A stretch of 64,000 nt of DNA. Origin: Microthyrium microscopicum. Its lineage: Eukaryota. The DNA lies in the NCBI GenBank assembly GCA_010405405.1, contig MU004236.1, forward strand, positions 322,576 through 386,575. The letters are read 5' to 3'. Position numbers and translations under genes: made by a program. The notes beneath the pieces are model-generated. The model saw only the letters and a program-made list of their open reading frames with translations, had not been told where the DNA came from and made no database searches. Below are positions 1 to 11,995 of the stretch, in pieces. Position 1 is the first letter of the stretch, and the number at the start of each line of letters is the position of its first letter.

Positions 1-2222
1 CCATGCCAGCTTTCAAGATGATGCTGCAGACTGGTTCATCCTATCTGATTCGCAGCTGATCCACACCAAATGCGGGCCCGCAGAGCTGAATGGGTCTGGA
101 GACTGTAGGAGGCGCGCGCACATAAGGTGGATGAGTAGCAGGCTACTTCGCTCTAGATTCAGATCTGAGATGGCGAGAGAGGGTATCCGAATCCGTCTGT
201 TTGAGTAGTGACTTATCGCAAGCAGAAGTTATTTGCTACATCAGCGCAGGCCAGTATCTAAAACTGAGTATGCACCAATATAGCTAGCTGTATGCAAAGG
301 CAATAACTGATCAAGCGACATCTTACTGTAATCTGCGGACTTCGACTGAACCAGAGGGGACCAAAAAAACTGGAACATACTCCAATACCAGCAAGCACTC
401 CCAATCCCTCAGCTCAGCCCTTTAGTTAAACCTGCAAAAAGCGAGACATTTCTCATATCCAAAAGACCCGAATACGATCCCAACCAAGCCGTATTTTCTC
501 ATCCTACGGAATCCTACACACCTGCAATCAGCCGTCCGAAAGAGGAAACCCAAGAGCAATAACGGGCGGCCCGCAGCGCGAATCCCGGGGCAGTGGGTAG
601 CACAAGAAATGTGTTGGTGGCACGGGAATCCTTGACGGGAACCATCTTGATTTTTCTGCTTGCGTAGGAGCAAAAAATAATAGGTGCGTAGTTGAATATG
701 CGGATTTTCATGCGAAATTGCGGTTGAAATGGACGGCAAAGGGAGTGTTTGGCTTAGGACTTGCGATGGTTGGTAGTGGGTGCATGAATGATCTGGCCAA
801 TCCAGAATCGTCATGTTACTTGCTTAATAGCTCGAAGACGAGAGGACACAGAACACTGCCCACCATTGCTTGTGTTGGTCTTCAAGAACAGCACGCGAAC
901 AAGGCATATAGGAGAGCATGAGGCAGAGAGCATAAAACGAGTAACTTTGTGTAATAGTGATTTGGCAACTTTGGTATGATGATCATCCCTACGATCTTGT
1001 TGCTAATGGATGCTAAATCTCCCCTTATAGAACAAAAAAAGGTCTGTTTGAAATCATGAATCATGGGAAAAGAGAATTTGGCAATCAGCAAACAGAAGCC
1101 AAAGGAAAAAAGGATTAATACATGAAGATATAAGACAAAAGAGGTAGAAGAGTAACCAAATTTGCAGACCTCAAAGACACAGTCTTAGTCGGCAATTTAG
1201 CGATCAGAATAGTTCGGAAAAAGTTGAGTACCAAAGGCAAGAAATACGTTTGTTGGTATCGTGCGAAATGGAAAAGCAGGTTAGTTGACCCGAAACGCCT
1301 TTTTCCATGTTTTTGAATGATCCGCCCAAGGACGAATAAAAATGAACTACCCCAGGACTTAAGCGAAGAATATTATGCAAATCCTGCTGCATGTTCCTTC
1401 CAAGATGCTCCGCGGCAGACGAAAGTGTTGGTATTACGGCAGGAGAAAAGAACGCAGGATCATATGAAAAGCAGTTTCCGTGACCGACAGCAAACACGGT
1501 ACCGGCACATGCAAAGATATGCAGCGACGAGCCAATTGATGCATGATGGAAGGGGGGTTACGCCACGAAAATCGAAAAGTTGTTTGTCGGCGGGTGATTT
1601 TTGATCCCAATTATCGCGGGCAAAAAAGTGTGGGAGGGCAGAAATTGTGTCGAAACAGGGTGGTGAAATGTGCCCCGCAATCTAGTCTGTACAATGCAAT
1701 GCAGCTAGGCACAGGGCGAGCATTTGGTCTGGGCGTCTTGGGCCAGGGTAGCTGGCTTCTTTATCCGAGTGGCTGTGAAAATGGGCCATGAGAAACGTAG
1801 AGCGGGAATTGCGTATATATTTGGAGAAAGCCGTGGCAAGTCATACTTGCTGATGGCGGTGAGCGGTAGCTAGAGACCGGAGAGTTCAAAATTCGGAGGG
1901 GTCGGGCCTATAGTAGTTTGCATGGCGGAGCGCCACGTTTAAGTTTGTCGAGAGAGACATGCATGGCGCCAGTATCGGATGTATTCGAGGTGATAATGTT
2001 GTGGATGAAACGGGTTGGAGAGAATTGATTAGGAGGGTTTTTGGGAGATCAAGACCAGGCGGGAGCTTTGACTGCGAGAATAAATCAAACCGTCAGGTAC
2101 CGGTATGCCTGTACCGATGGTCACGGGTGTCTTTGGAGAAAGGAAGGATATGTCCCTTGATGGTAGGACTATGTAGTGGCGTTATTAGCTCACAGATGGT
2201 TGAGGGAGACTGTGGTGTGCGA

Positions 2223-3920
2223 TCATAATGGTTTGCGCGCGGTGATGATATGACTTCCAAAAGTTAGCCAAGTCCATATCAAGGCTCATATCGGATTGAT
2301 ACTCACATGTTGTTGTATGCGTGGACTTTGTGGTTCGTCATCTCCTTCTTCACACGACCACAAAGAGGGAGGACATGCTCCGTAAAATCCCATCTGAAAA
2401 TCCTGGTGAAGGGCGCCGCACTCAACGCTTCCAACCCCTCGGATAGTCCGATGTAGTACCAACGGCCGATTTGCCTTTGGTGGGGGTCATTTGGCCATCC
2501 ATTTAACGGGGCGCGAATGATTTGTTCTCTTATGTCAATGAAACCGGCTGCTCGGAGTTGTTCCTTGGTGGCTGCATTGAAGGCTATGGGCCGATTTGCT
2601 CGGTTGGTGGCATCGTCGAGATAGTTGTACCACTCGTGCAAAGGAGAGTCGGGTAAAAGTGTGCCATCGTCACACCTTGGCTTTAAATCAATCTCCACTT
2701 GTTCAATGTAGCCTGAACCAGGTTTTAGATGACTTGATCATTGTTAGCATTTACACCCATATGAGCTAGAGAATGATGAGGACATACGCAAATGCCTTTT
2801 GGTAGAGCTCGGGCCATGAGGATATACTTCCACAGGCCTGCTGGATGTGGATCAAATCCCAGGATTCCTCACCAAATGTCCAGGGACCCTCATGATCAAT
2901 AGGAACTCGGAAGCGTAATTGAGGGGGAATCCTAGAGTTTTCGAGTCAGCGACGCCGTGTAACCCAGCTACTATCAAAGAGACTTACTTCTCAGGCTGTA
3001 TGTTGACTAGATCCAACCCTAATACCTATATTGCATGGTTAGCATGCGTCCTTTCATCAAGATCGGTTCCAAGTTCGCGGTTACCTCGGCGGTTGGGTAG
3101 CGACTAGAAAATCAGTTAATGTCAGCACAACCTGAAATGAAGTGGGGTCCATTGGATTCCCTAGGAGCGACTTACTCGGCGATGTCAATGGCCCAGATAC
3201 CAGTTCCACAGCCAACATCCATAATGCGGGCAGGCTCATTGTGAGAGCTGATTATTGGCGCTGTATGTAGCTGACCTCGTCGGGCTACTTCGAAGATCTT
3301 GTGGTATATATCCATTCGGTCTTTCTCGTCCTGTTATTGTGTGAGATCAACCGTGGTTGTGCATTGGCATGATGGACAGACAAACCTCGTCACATGGGTA
3401 AAGATACATGCCGCGTCGGAAGGCATGGTAATTTCTGGTATTCTCTTTGTAGTGTTGCGGGGCGCTGGCCGGAGTGGGCTGGCTGAAATTCATTATGTTA
3501 GCCATGAGGATTCAAGCAGGTGCTTGCGTTCTAGGGCGAAAGTCTGAAGGGGATGACCAGTGACGAATGAGCAAAGTATGACAGTGGTTATCCAAAAACA
3601 GCGATTTCCATCAAAATCGATGAGAGCTGAACACATGAACCATTTGAAATGGAAACAAATGTCTTGCTGGTTCGTGGAAAACTCAATCCGAAAATGGTGA
3701 ATGAGAGGTTGATAGCCGTCAGAGCACACGAGCGGATGGGAAAAGCTTTTTTGCCTGGCTTATGGATGATGTGAGGTGAAAGCCGGCTGTTTGCTCGAGA
3801 TTCGTGCATCAACTCGCTCGTCGAGGCGTTGGAGTATGCTCGGCCCGATACTTTGTTCGCTCGTTGACTGGAAGGGGATAAAAAGTGAGTAATGGAGACG
3901 ACTTACCCATTTGAAGACAT
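2223..3920 (-). CDS. laeA: LaeA/Lae1-type SAM-dependent methyltransferase (velvet-complex regulator of secondary metabolism), 8 exons
   Basis: Hand-spliced exons 3920-3907, 3482-3386, 3330-3176, 3103-3085, 3035-2988, 2931-2788, 2732-2307, 2253-2223 with GT/AG ends and matching phases. Translation includes [28 protein letters not shown], the SAM motif IMDVGCGTGIWAID, VLGLDLVNIQP, HLKPGSGYIEQVEIDLKPRCDDG and C-terminal HIITARKPL*. Confidence 0.88.
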
Positions 3921-4412
3921 TGTAGGCATCGAGCCGGAGTGCTCTTCAGGAAGGAGAACTGGCGACGTGCCTGAAGAAACAAAAGAAGAAGCAGACGGGA
4001 GTGAGGACGGGAGCGGGAGAGCTTATTTACTGGCCGCGTGGGGTCAGAGGACAGGCGTAGTGGGCTCCTCTGTAGGCTCTGGAGTCTGTGGGCACCAGGG
4101 AAGTGAATTAATTTAGTACGGATTAATTAATTTCGTATTAATATTAATTAAATTAATATTAATATGACTTTGCTATATTAATTTAATATTAATATAGGGT
4201 CTATACTAATTAAGTTAATTTAATTATACTAAGTATTAATTAAGAAATATTAAATTAATTAATCTATTTTTAGTTATATTTTTATTTCTAGTAAAGTTAT
4301 ATACTTTCCTATTCTGTTTTCTACGTAGAATTCAAATCTACTCTTATAATTTTTATAGCTACTATAGTTCTTAAGATATAAATAGATTTAGAAAATATTT
4401 AATAATTATTAT

Positions 4413-4574
4413 TGTTATGGGTTAGATAACGAAGAGACAAGTTATATTGTAAGCCTACTAAACAGGAAGGTAACTTAGAGAGAAAGAAGAGTCAAGAGAC
4501 TCTTCAATTAAGGTGTTTATATACAACAGGGGTAGCCCAAACAGGCATAGCTTTAGGAGGTTTAACCCCTAATA
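4413..4574 (-). repeat. LTR (3' LTR of the minus-strand element)
   Basis: Aligns without gaps to 11834-11995 with 16 differences in 162 bp, all transitions. Confidence 0.93.
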
Positions 4575-7500
4575 TTACCTCCCTCGTCCAAAAAATTCTA
4601 GCTAAAACACTAAGTCAATCATAAAATCCTAATCTTATCTAGCTATATCCAACGCTTACCATTCTTATAGTTTACAACGAAGCTTCTATTTACAACGTAC
4701 AGATCTATACGTTCACTTTTAAGTATAAAATATAAAGCTTAGGTTATTAACTATTAGTTCTATACTAGTATTTTACCTATTTTAGACTAAATTCTAGGTA
4801 TAAGACTTCTTTCTTAGCATATAATATTAATTCTTTTTAGTTATAATCCCATAAAGGTTACTTAATTAGCGAGTCATCTTATTTATACTTAGTTAAAGCT
4901 CTATTACGATATTAAGGAATAAGATTAGAAGAACGTAACTATAGTTAAGTCACTATGCTTCTATCTATACGTTTAGAGGGTATAAAGTAATGTCGTTCTA
5001 CAAAGTTAACTATTCTTCTTTTATTATACTTTAAATAAGCTTCTTCTCTTTTAATTAGTCCTTATTAAGTTTCTTCTTCCTTACCTAATTAATTAATTAA
5101 TTAATCAATCAATTAATCTATTAATTAATTAGGTAAGTCATTCATCATAGTAGTTATAGCCTTGCTAACTATATAGAGATAGCTACCCTAATTATTAACG
5201 CTTTTAATAATACTATTAGCTTTAATAGTCGTATCCTTATTACTATTGCCCCTCCTTATATATATATTACTAACCGCAATACTTCTTAACCTTATCTACC
5301 TACTACGCACGAGGTAGCTATACGTAAGGCCTACTAAAACAACATAAATAAGGGCCTTTACCTTCTTAACTAAGTCCTACTTCGTTACTAGAATAATATT
5401 ATTTATAACCTTTATTCCTATCTACTAACTACTCTTTAATATAAGAAAGTATACGTAGTTATTAACTACTACGATTTATAAAACTATATTTTATTTAAGG
5501 CACTTTATATTAACTAGATTATACGTACTTCTCTAGCCTTTCTTAATTTATACTAACGTATTTATAGAGTAAGGCCCTTTATACTATAGCTAATTATCTT
5601 TTTAACTCTTCTAATAAGCGTCTTAACTTATTAAACGCTTCTTCTAAGGAGTTTACTAATAATTCATAGCCTAACGTTCATAGTATTATAATTTATTAGA
5701 GCTCCTTTAGCATAATTTAGTTAACTAGTAGCTAGGCTAGTTATCTTAAAGCCTTAGGTATTTATTATATAAGTATCCTATAATTCTTTACTAAAAATAA
5801 GTAGAATAAGACTTATAAGGAGTAGCGTTATACTTATTACGTTAGCTATTTTAATTTAAAGAATTAGCTATAATATATAGGTTATATTTAGCTTCTAGGA
5901 TTTTATAATAATATATATTTAAACTACGTCTATAATAATAATATTAGCTTAGGTAAGAAGTATCCTTACGATAATAAGGAGGAGGTTACTAAGGAGGACA
6001 AGAATCCTTTACTATTAACTATCTACTTTAGTCCTCCTATGCCTTAGAGCACTACTTAAGTCTATTTTCCTTAGTAGTAAGAGTTTATTAGGTATGTCTT
6101 ATTTCTTTAGTTTTCTTGTATTTTTATAATTTTCTAGTTTTATTTAGTAGAAAAGAAGGTCTTAGTATAGATAAAAAAAAAGTATTTTTATATATAGATT
6201 ATAGATAGTACCTCTAATTATGTCTTTATAGAGTTAATTACTATAATAAGAGGGCTAGTTTTTAATCTTAGTTATACTTAAAGAATAGACTAATTTAGTA
6301 CTAATCTTCTATAATTATCTTATATATACTTTATTTTCTTTATCTACTTTACGTAGGCTTCTAACTATTTAATAAAGTTAATTAGTTCTTCTATTATGTC
6401 TAGATAACCTACCTATTTAATAACGTAAACTATATAGAGTTTACTCTTTGTTATTTTCTTATATTTTTTAGCTATAATCTCCTCTACTAGCTACTCCTCT
6501 TATTCCTCTCTATCTAAGTCCTTAACTAAGATTAGTAGTAGATAAGAATTATTAGCGTCTTAACTTAGGAATAAGTTATCTATTACTAGTCTAAGTAAGT
6601 TAACGTAGAATTTCTTAGTTCTCTATAGCATATTTAGTATAATTATATATAAGCTTACTACCTTTATAACTTAGAACTTAGAGTAATAGTAATTAAACTT
6701 CTTCTTTACTCATTTAGTCTTAGTATTCTTTAGGTCTAGCTAGACTTAATTATTAACTTTATACTTAGGCGTTTAGATCCTTATTTAGTTAGCTTATTCC
6801 TATATTCTTTCTTAGGTAAGAGTTATAGCATCTTAAGCCTATTCTATAGCTTTTAAAATTATATAAGCAACTTCCTTCCTTCTCTCTTTTAGAGTATTCT
6901 TCTACTTAGATAAGGGAGCTTATTTAGGGAAGTCTAGAAAGGTAGAGTTTTTAAAGCTATAGGATAAAAAGAAGGATAAGAGTTCTATTATAGATAAGCG
7001 CTATAAGTTAAGCATAAGTTAAAGTATTAGTATTAGTAAGAACTAGTTTAATTATATATAATTTATATATATTTATACTTTAGCTTTAATATTTAAGTTC
7101 CACTATTCTATAGAGCTATTTATCTAGGAATAAAATATAATTAATAGCTATAGCTTTATTTATAGTAGCGCGTAGAACTTTATCTAGAAGTCTTTTATAA
7201 ATACTAGGTTATAATTATAGATAATTATGTTAGGAATACTATAGAGGAAATAGATGCGTTATAAGAAAATAGCTATAACGTCTTTAGCTTCTCTTTAAGT
7301 AAAAGAGATTAGGATTACTCCTTTACTTAGCTAATTAGTAATAACTATTAAGATTGTGTATTTATTTAATAGAGAGAGGTTTATTATAAAATCTATAGAT
7401 AGTTCTTACTATTATTAGCTTAGGATAAGTAAAGGCTTTAGGAAGCCTCTTTTCTACTTATAATTAACCTTTAATTAGCTATATATACTATAATTTCTTA

Positions 7501-10500
7501 TGAAACGCCTTATATTAGCTATAATTCTAGGCTAGAAAAAGTATAGCTATAAAGCTTAGTAAGTACCTTTATAGCTAGGATAGCCTTAGGTTAAGGATAT
7601 ATAAGCTACTTATAGTATTACTATCTATAGAGATTCTAAATTTAGGATTTATAGTTATCCTCTCTAATAAAGGTAATCCTTACTATTAATTAAGTAGTTA
7701 GGAATAGAGATCTTAATACCTATAATTAATAGGGGAAACTTTTATCTACTAGCTTTAATCGTCTAATAAGCTACTTAATAGGTATTATTAGCCTATATTG
7801 CTTTATTCTACTAGGTTACTAATAGTTTAGAGACGTTTAGTATTAATAGTAGTAAACTAGGGATTAGAGCTTTATTAGCTAGTAGAGTCTCTACTAATTC
7901 GTCTTTAACTACTATAAGAAGGGTAGTAATATAAATAAATAAGGCTTATAGTAATTTAAGTAATTAATCCTTTTAGGTATAAAGTAGTTAGAAAGTTCTA
8001 GCCTAGATCCTCTTATTAGCTACGTTCTAGAGTATATTTTATTTATAATAAGAAAGACTATCTACTACGTTATTCTATAAGCTTAGTTAGTACTTAATTA
8101 TTATATTATACTTTATAAGTTTAATAGACTATTAGACGTGCCTTTTTATAAGCTTCTATAGTTTTATAAAATACTCTAGGTTCTTATAATTAGATATTAT
8201 TTTAAACTTCTCTACTACTTATAGCTCTAAGTCCTATTCTTTTAGAGCAAGTATAATTATAAGTATCTCTTTATTATAGATTAGGTAGTTACTTTAAGTA
8301 GAGTTATACTTTTTAGAGAAATAGGCTATTAGTTAAAACTTACCTATCTTATCCTTTTGTATTAGTATAGCTTCTAAAGAGTAACTAGAGGAGTTAGTAT
8401 AGATAAGAGTCTCTTTATTATAGTTAAATAGGGCTAGTATTTAGTTAGTAGTAAAGAGCTATTTTAGCTCTTTAAACGTAGCTCTCTCTAGGTCTTTAAA
8501 TAAGAAGGGAACGTTCTTCTAGGTAAGTTAAATAAGAGGTTCTATAATTATTCAAAAGTTTAGTATAAACCTATAATAGAAGTTAGCAAAGCTAAGAAAA
8601 GCTTAAACTCTATAAACGTTCTTAGGAGCCTCCTATTCTTAGATTGCTTTAACTTTAGCTAAGTCTATTAAGATTCCTTGTTTAGCCTTAATAATATAGC
8701 CTAGGTATATTATCTAAGTAGTTATAAATTTATACTTCTAGATATTAAAGTAGAGTCCTACTTTTTATAGCTACTTAAGGACTTTATAAACATAAGCTTT
8801 ATATTGCTTCCTAGTACCTAAGCTAAAGATTAAGACGTTATCTAAGTATATAGAAATATAGTTATCTAAGATATCTTAAAAGGCAAAGTTAATAAACCTC
8901 TAAAAGATGCTTAGAGTATTTAATAACCTAAATAATATTACTATCTATTTAAATAAGCTATATTATGTCTAAAAAGCTATCTTCTACTTATTACTCTTAT
9001 ATATCTAAATCTTATAGAATACTTAAGATACGTCTAGCTTAGTAAACTATTATGCCTTTCTTAAAGCGTTTAGTATCTTATAGATAAGTAGTAAGGAGTA
9101 ATAGTCCTTTATAGTTAACTTATTTAACGCGTAGTAGTTATAATAAAACTAAATTAATTTATTTACTTTGTAAATAAAGAGAACTAGTGCTCTAGTAGGC
9201 AAGTTACTTACTTAAATAAACCTACTTTCTAGTAGATTATTAAGAATTCTTTTAAGGGCTAGTAGTTCGTCCTAATTTATAAAGTATAATGCCTACTAAG
9301 GTAACTAAGGTTTCTTTCTATTAGCGTTTAGGATTAGATTAATCTTATAGTCTATAAAAAGGCCTTAGATAGGTAGCTATTTATTAGCTAGCTCTCTTTA
9401 AAAGAGGTTAAGGTAATCTAAATACTATTTAAAAAGCTTCCTATAAGGGTTAATATACTTCTTTAGAGTAAGGGCTTTTTATAAGTCGTAAAGACTTATA
9501 GTAAAGACTTATATAATTAATATTAAGCCTTTTTAAGACTATCTTGCCTACTTTCTAGCTTATTAAGTAAGTATCCTAAATGCTATAGCCTTAATTGCTA
9601 CGTAGTTATACTTTTTCTAAGGAGTCTTTAGACTTATAACTATATAACCTATTTCGTTAAAGACTAGCTTCTTAGGTTTTGTATAGAGAATAATATCTTA
9701 TTTCTTTATCTAAGGTAAGCTAAGGATTATATTATAGCCTAAGGTCTTTTTTACTATAAAGGCTTAAATAGTTTCTTTATAGCCTTTAATATTAATTTTT
9801 ATAATCGCTATTTTGTAGATTTCTTTAGCCTTATTGTTTATTTCTTTAATAGAAATCGCCTAAGGTAGTAGTATATATTTAAGTTTACGTCTTTAGGTAA
9901 AGTGAAGACTTATAAGGGAATAGGTTAAGTAGCTACTATTAATAAAGCCTATATATAAAGAAAGTTGATTTACTATTAAAGGTATTAAAAAGGGCTCTAT
10001 AACTATATCCTAAGTAAAGAACTTCTAATACTATCTTAAAATAATATTTTTATAATTTTCTAGCTTAGTATTACGTCTTTAATTTAAGCTTACTAGTTTT
10101 CTAATTCTATATTAGTAATATTATATAGATCGTTATAAAGGTTATTATTTCTTAGCTAAGTAGTAGTAGCCTTTATTAGCTAGCTACTCTAGGAAACGTC
10201 TAGAGCGTTAGTAGTACTAGCTTAGAATCTACTAGTATTATTTTATAGGCGTCTACCTTTAGTAGTGCCTTCTCTACCTTATTCTTATCTATAGCTAGCT
10301 TAGCTATAGGAGGAATTCTAACTTCTAAATAACGCTTAGGGCGCTTATTTATAATCCTAAATCCTATAATTAGCTAAGCTATAGTAAAAATAAAGGTTAT
10401 TTTACTTATAGTAGTTACGCTAGGCTTAGCTAGCTCTAACTTAGACGCCTTCTATCGCGTTTAGGTCTTAATTCCTAGATAGTTAACTCTACTAAGCACT

Positions 10501-11833
10501 TATTTTAGCGCTTAGGCTTCTTAAGCTATAATAGCTTATATAGGCTTAAACTATTTAATTCTAAGTTTCTAAAGCTTCTTAAGCAAAGGTATCTAAATTA
10601 TTAGGCTAGGAGTAAGTAATTAGAGCTATCCTAAGACTAGAGTCTATAGCGTTTTTTAAGAACTATATCTAGATAGAGGTAGCCTAAAATTATGCTTTAG
10701 TATGGATAAGATATTACTAAAACTTAGCCTAAAAGATTCTCTATTCTCTACCTCTTTGTTAGATCCCTTAGAGGTTTACTAAAGCTCTTATTTCTTTATA
10801 TAGATTATAAAAAAGAAAGTCTATTCGTTCTATAAACTTACTAAAACTTATAATGCTATAGCTAGTAGGATTCTAGATTTAGGGAAGGACTTATTAGGTA
10901 ATATCTTTTATAAACTAGCTAAATATATAGTAGATTTAGGCGTAGTTATTTACGTAAATCTATCTATTAATATGCAATTTTACTTTAATTATTTAGCAAA
11001 AACTAGGATAAAGGGTTAGGTCCTTATATAAATATTATTCTAAGTTTAGAAGAGCTAGTTAAAAATTTCGTGATAGTAGTTAAAGTAGCTTATATTAGGT
11101 AGCTAAAAGATTTATTAGAAGAGGTAGAGAAAAGGTTACTAATCTAGCTATCGTAATTAGAGTCTAAGAAGGATTAGCTTATAGAATTAGAGAAGGGTAG
11201 TAGCTATAGTTAGAGGTTTCTTTAGTAAAGAGTATAGCTAGTATTAAAGAAAGAGTTATACTAAGCGTTATAGATTCTTTCTAGAGTCGTTCCTATTCCT
11301 ATTACTATTACTAGGTTAGCGTCTTATAGGCAGTATTATTTACTTATTATATAAGGATCTTACTATTAGCGTAGATATTAGTAAGCTATTTATTCTAGTT
11401 ATTAACTTAGGCCTAGAGTTTAGCATAGACTACTACAATTTATTACGCATTCTTATTTAATTATATATAAATTTCGTTAGTTAACCTATTTAGTTATTAT
11501 AAGGCTTATTCGTAATTAGTAGTAGTTATACGTAATTATAAGATAGATAAATTAAACGTATCGTTAAGCAGTAAAATGCTATTTATTACTCATTATAAGC
11601 TATTATTAGTTACCTCTTAGGATACGTCTAAGTAGTTCTATAGCTTTGTTTATTATTAGTTAATATACGTAAAGTACGCTTCTATATTCTTACGAGTAAA
11701 GCCCTTAAAGGACGTTTCTCTATCTTATCTAGTAGTTATTAGGTAAGAGGGATCTTAGTCTACTATTCTAGCTATTTATTAACGGATAGAGAGGAAGTAA
11801 GTAAAAAGAAGGGTTAGTTTTAAAGTTATCTAA

Positions 11834-11995
11834 TATTATAAGTTAGATAACAAAGAGACAAGTTATATTATAAGCCTACTAAATAGGAAGGTAACTTAGA
11901 GAGAAAGAAGAGTTAAGAGACTCTTTAATTAAGGTATTTATATACAACAGGGGTAGCCTGAACGGGCATAGCTTCAGGGGGTTTAACCCCCAACA
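11834..11995 (-). repeat. LTR (5' LTR of the minus-strand element)
   Basis: Direct repeat of 4413-4574; ends in CA followed by the TSD ATTAT. Confidence 0.93.

Larger units (their letters stand above)
4413..11995 (-). mobile_element. Full-length Ty3/Gypsy LTR retrotransposon (7.58 kb), inactivated by RIP, nested in the hAT element
   Basis: 162-bp LTRs with outer termini TG...CA, 5-bp TSD ATTAT (4408-4412 and 11996-12000), and a minus-strand polypurine tract next to the left LTR (about 4575-4589). RIP-decayed RT motifs on the minus strand: YLDN (=YLDD) at 8837-8848 and a KTAF..YGLFE..MPF-like motif near 8930-8990. About 4 kb of internal sequence follows RT, fitting the Gypsy RT-RNaseH-integrase order. 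No intact ORF. Confidence 0.9.

Noticed and set aside
422..2222. Short ORFs and a weak hairpin (2089-2121) downstream of laeA
   Set aside because: No motifs or splice-supported structure; consistent with UTR or intergenic DNA.
5085..5135. TTAA/TCAA tandem microrepeat
   Set aside because: Internal to the Gypsy element and homogenised by RIP; not an independent feature.
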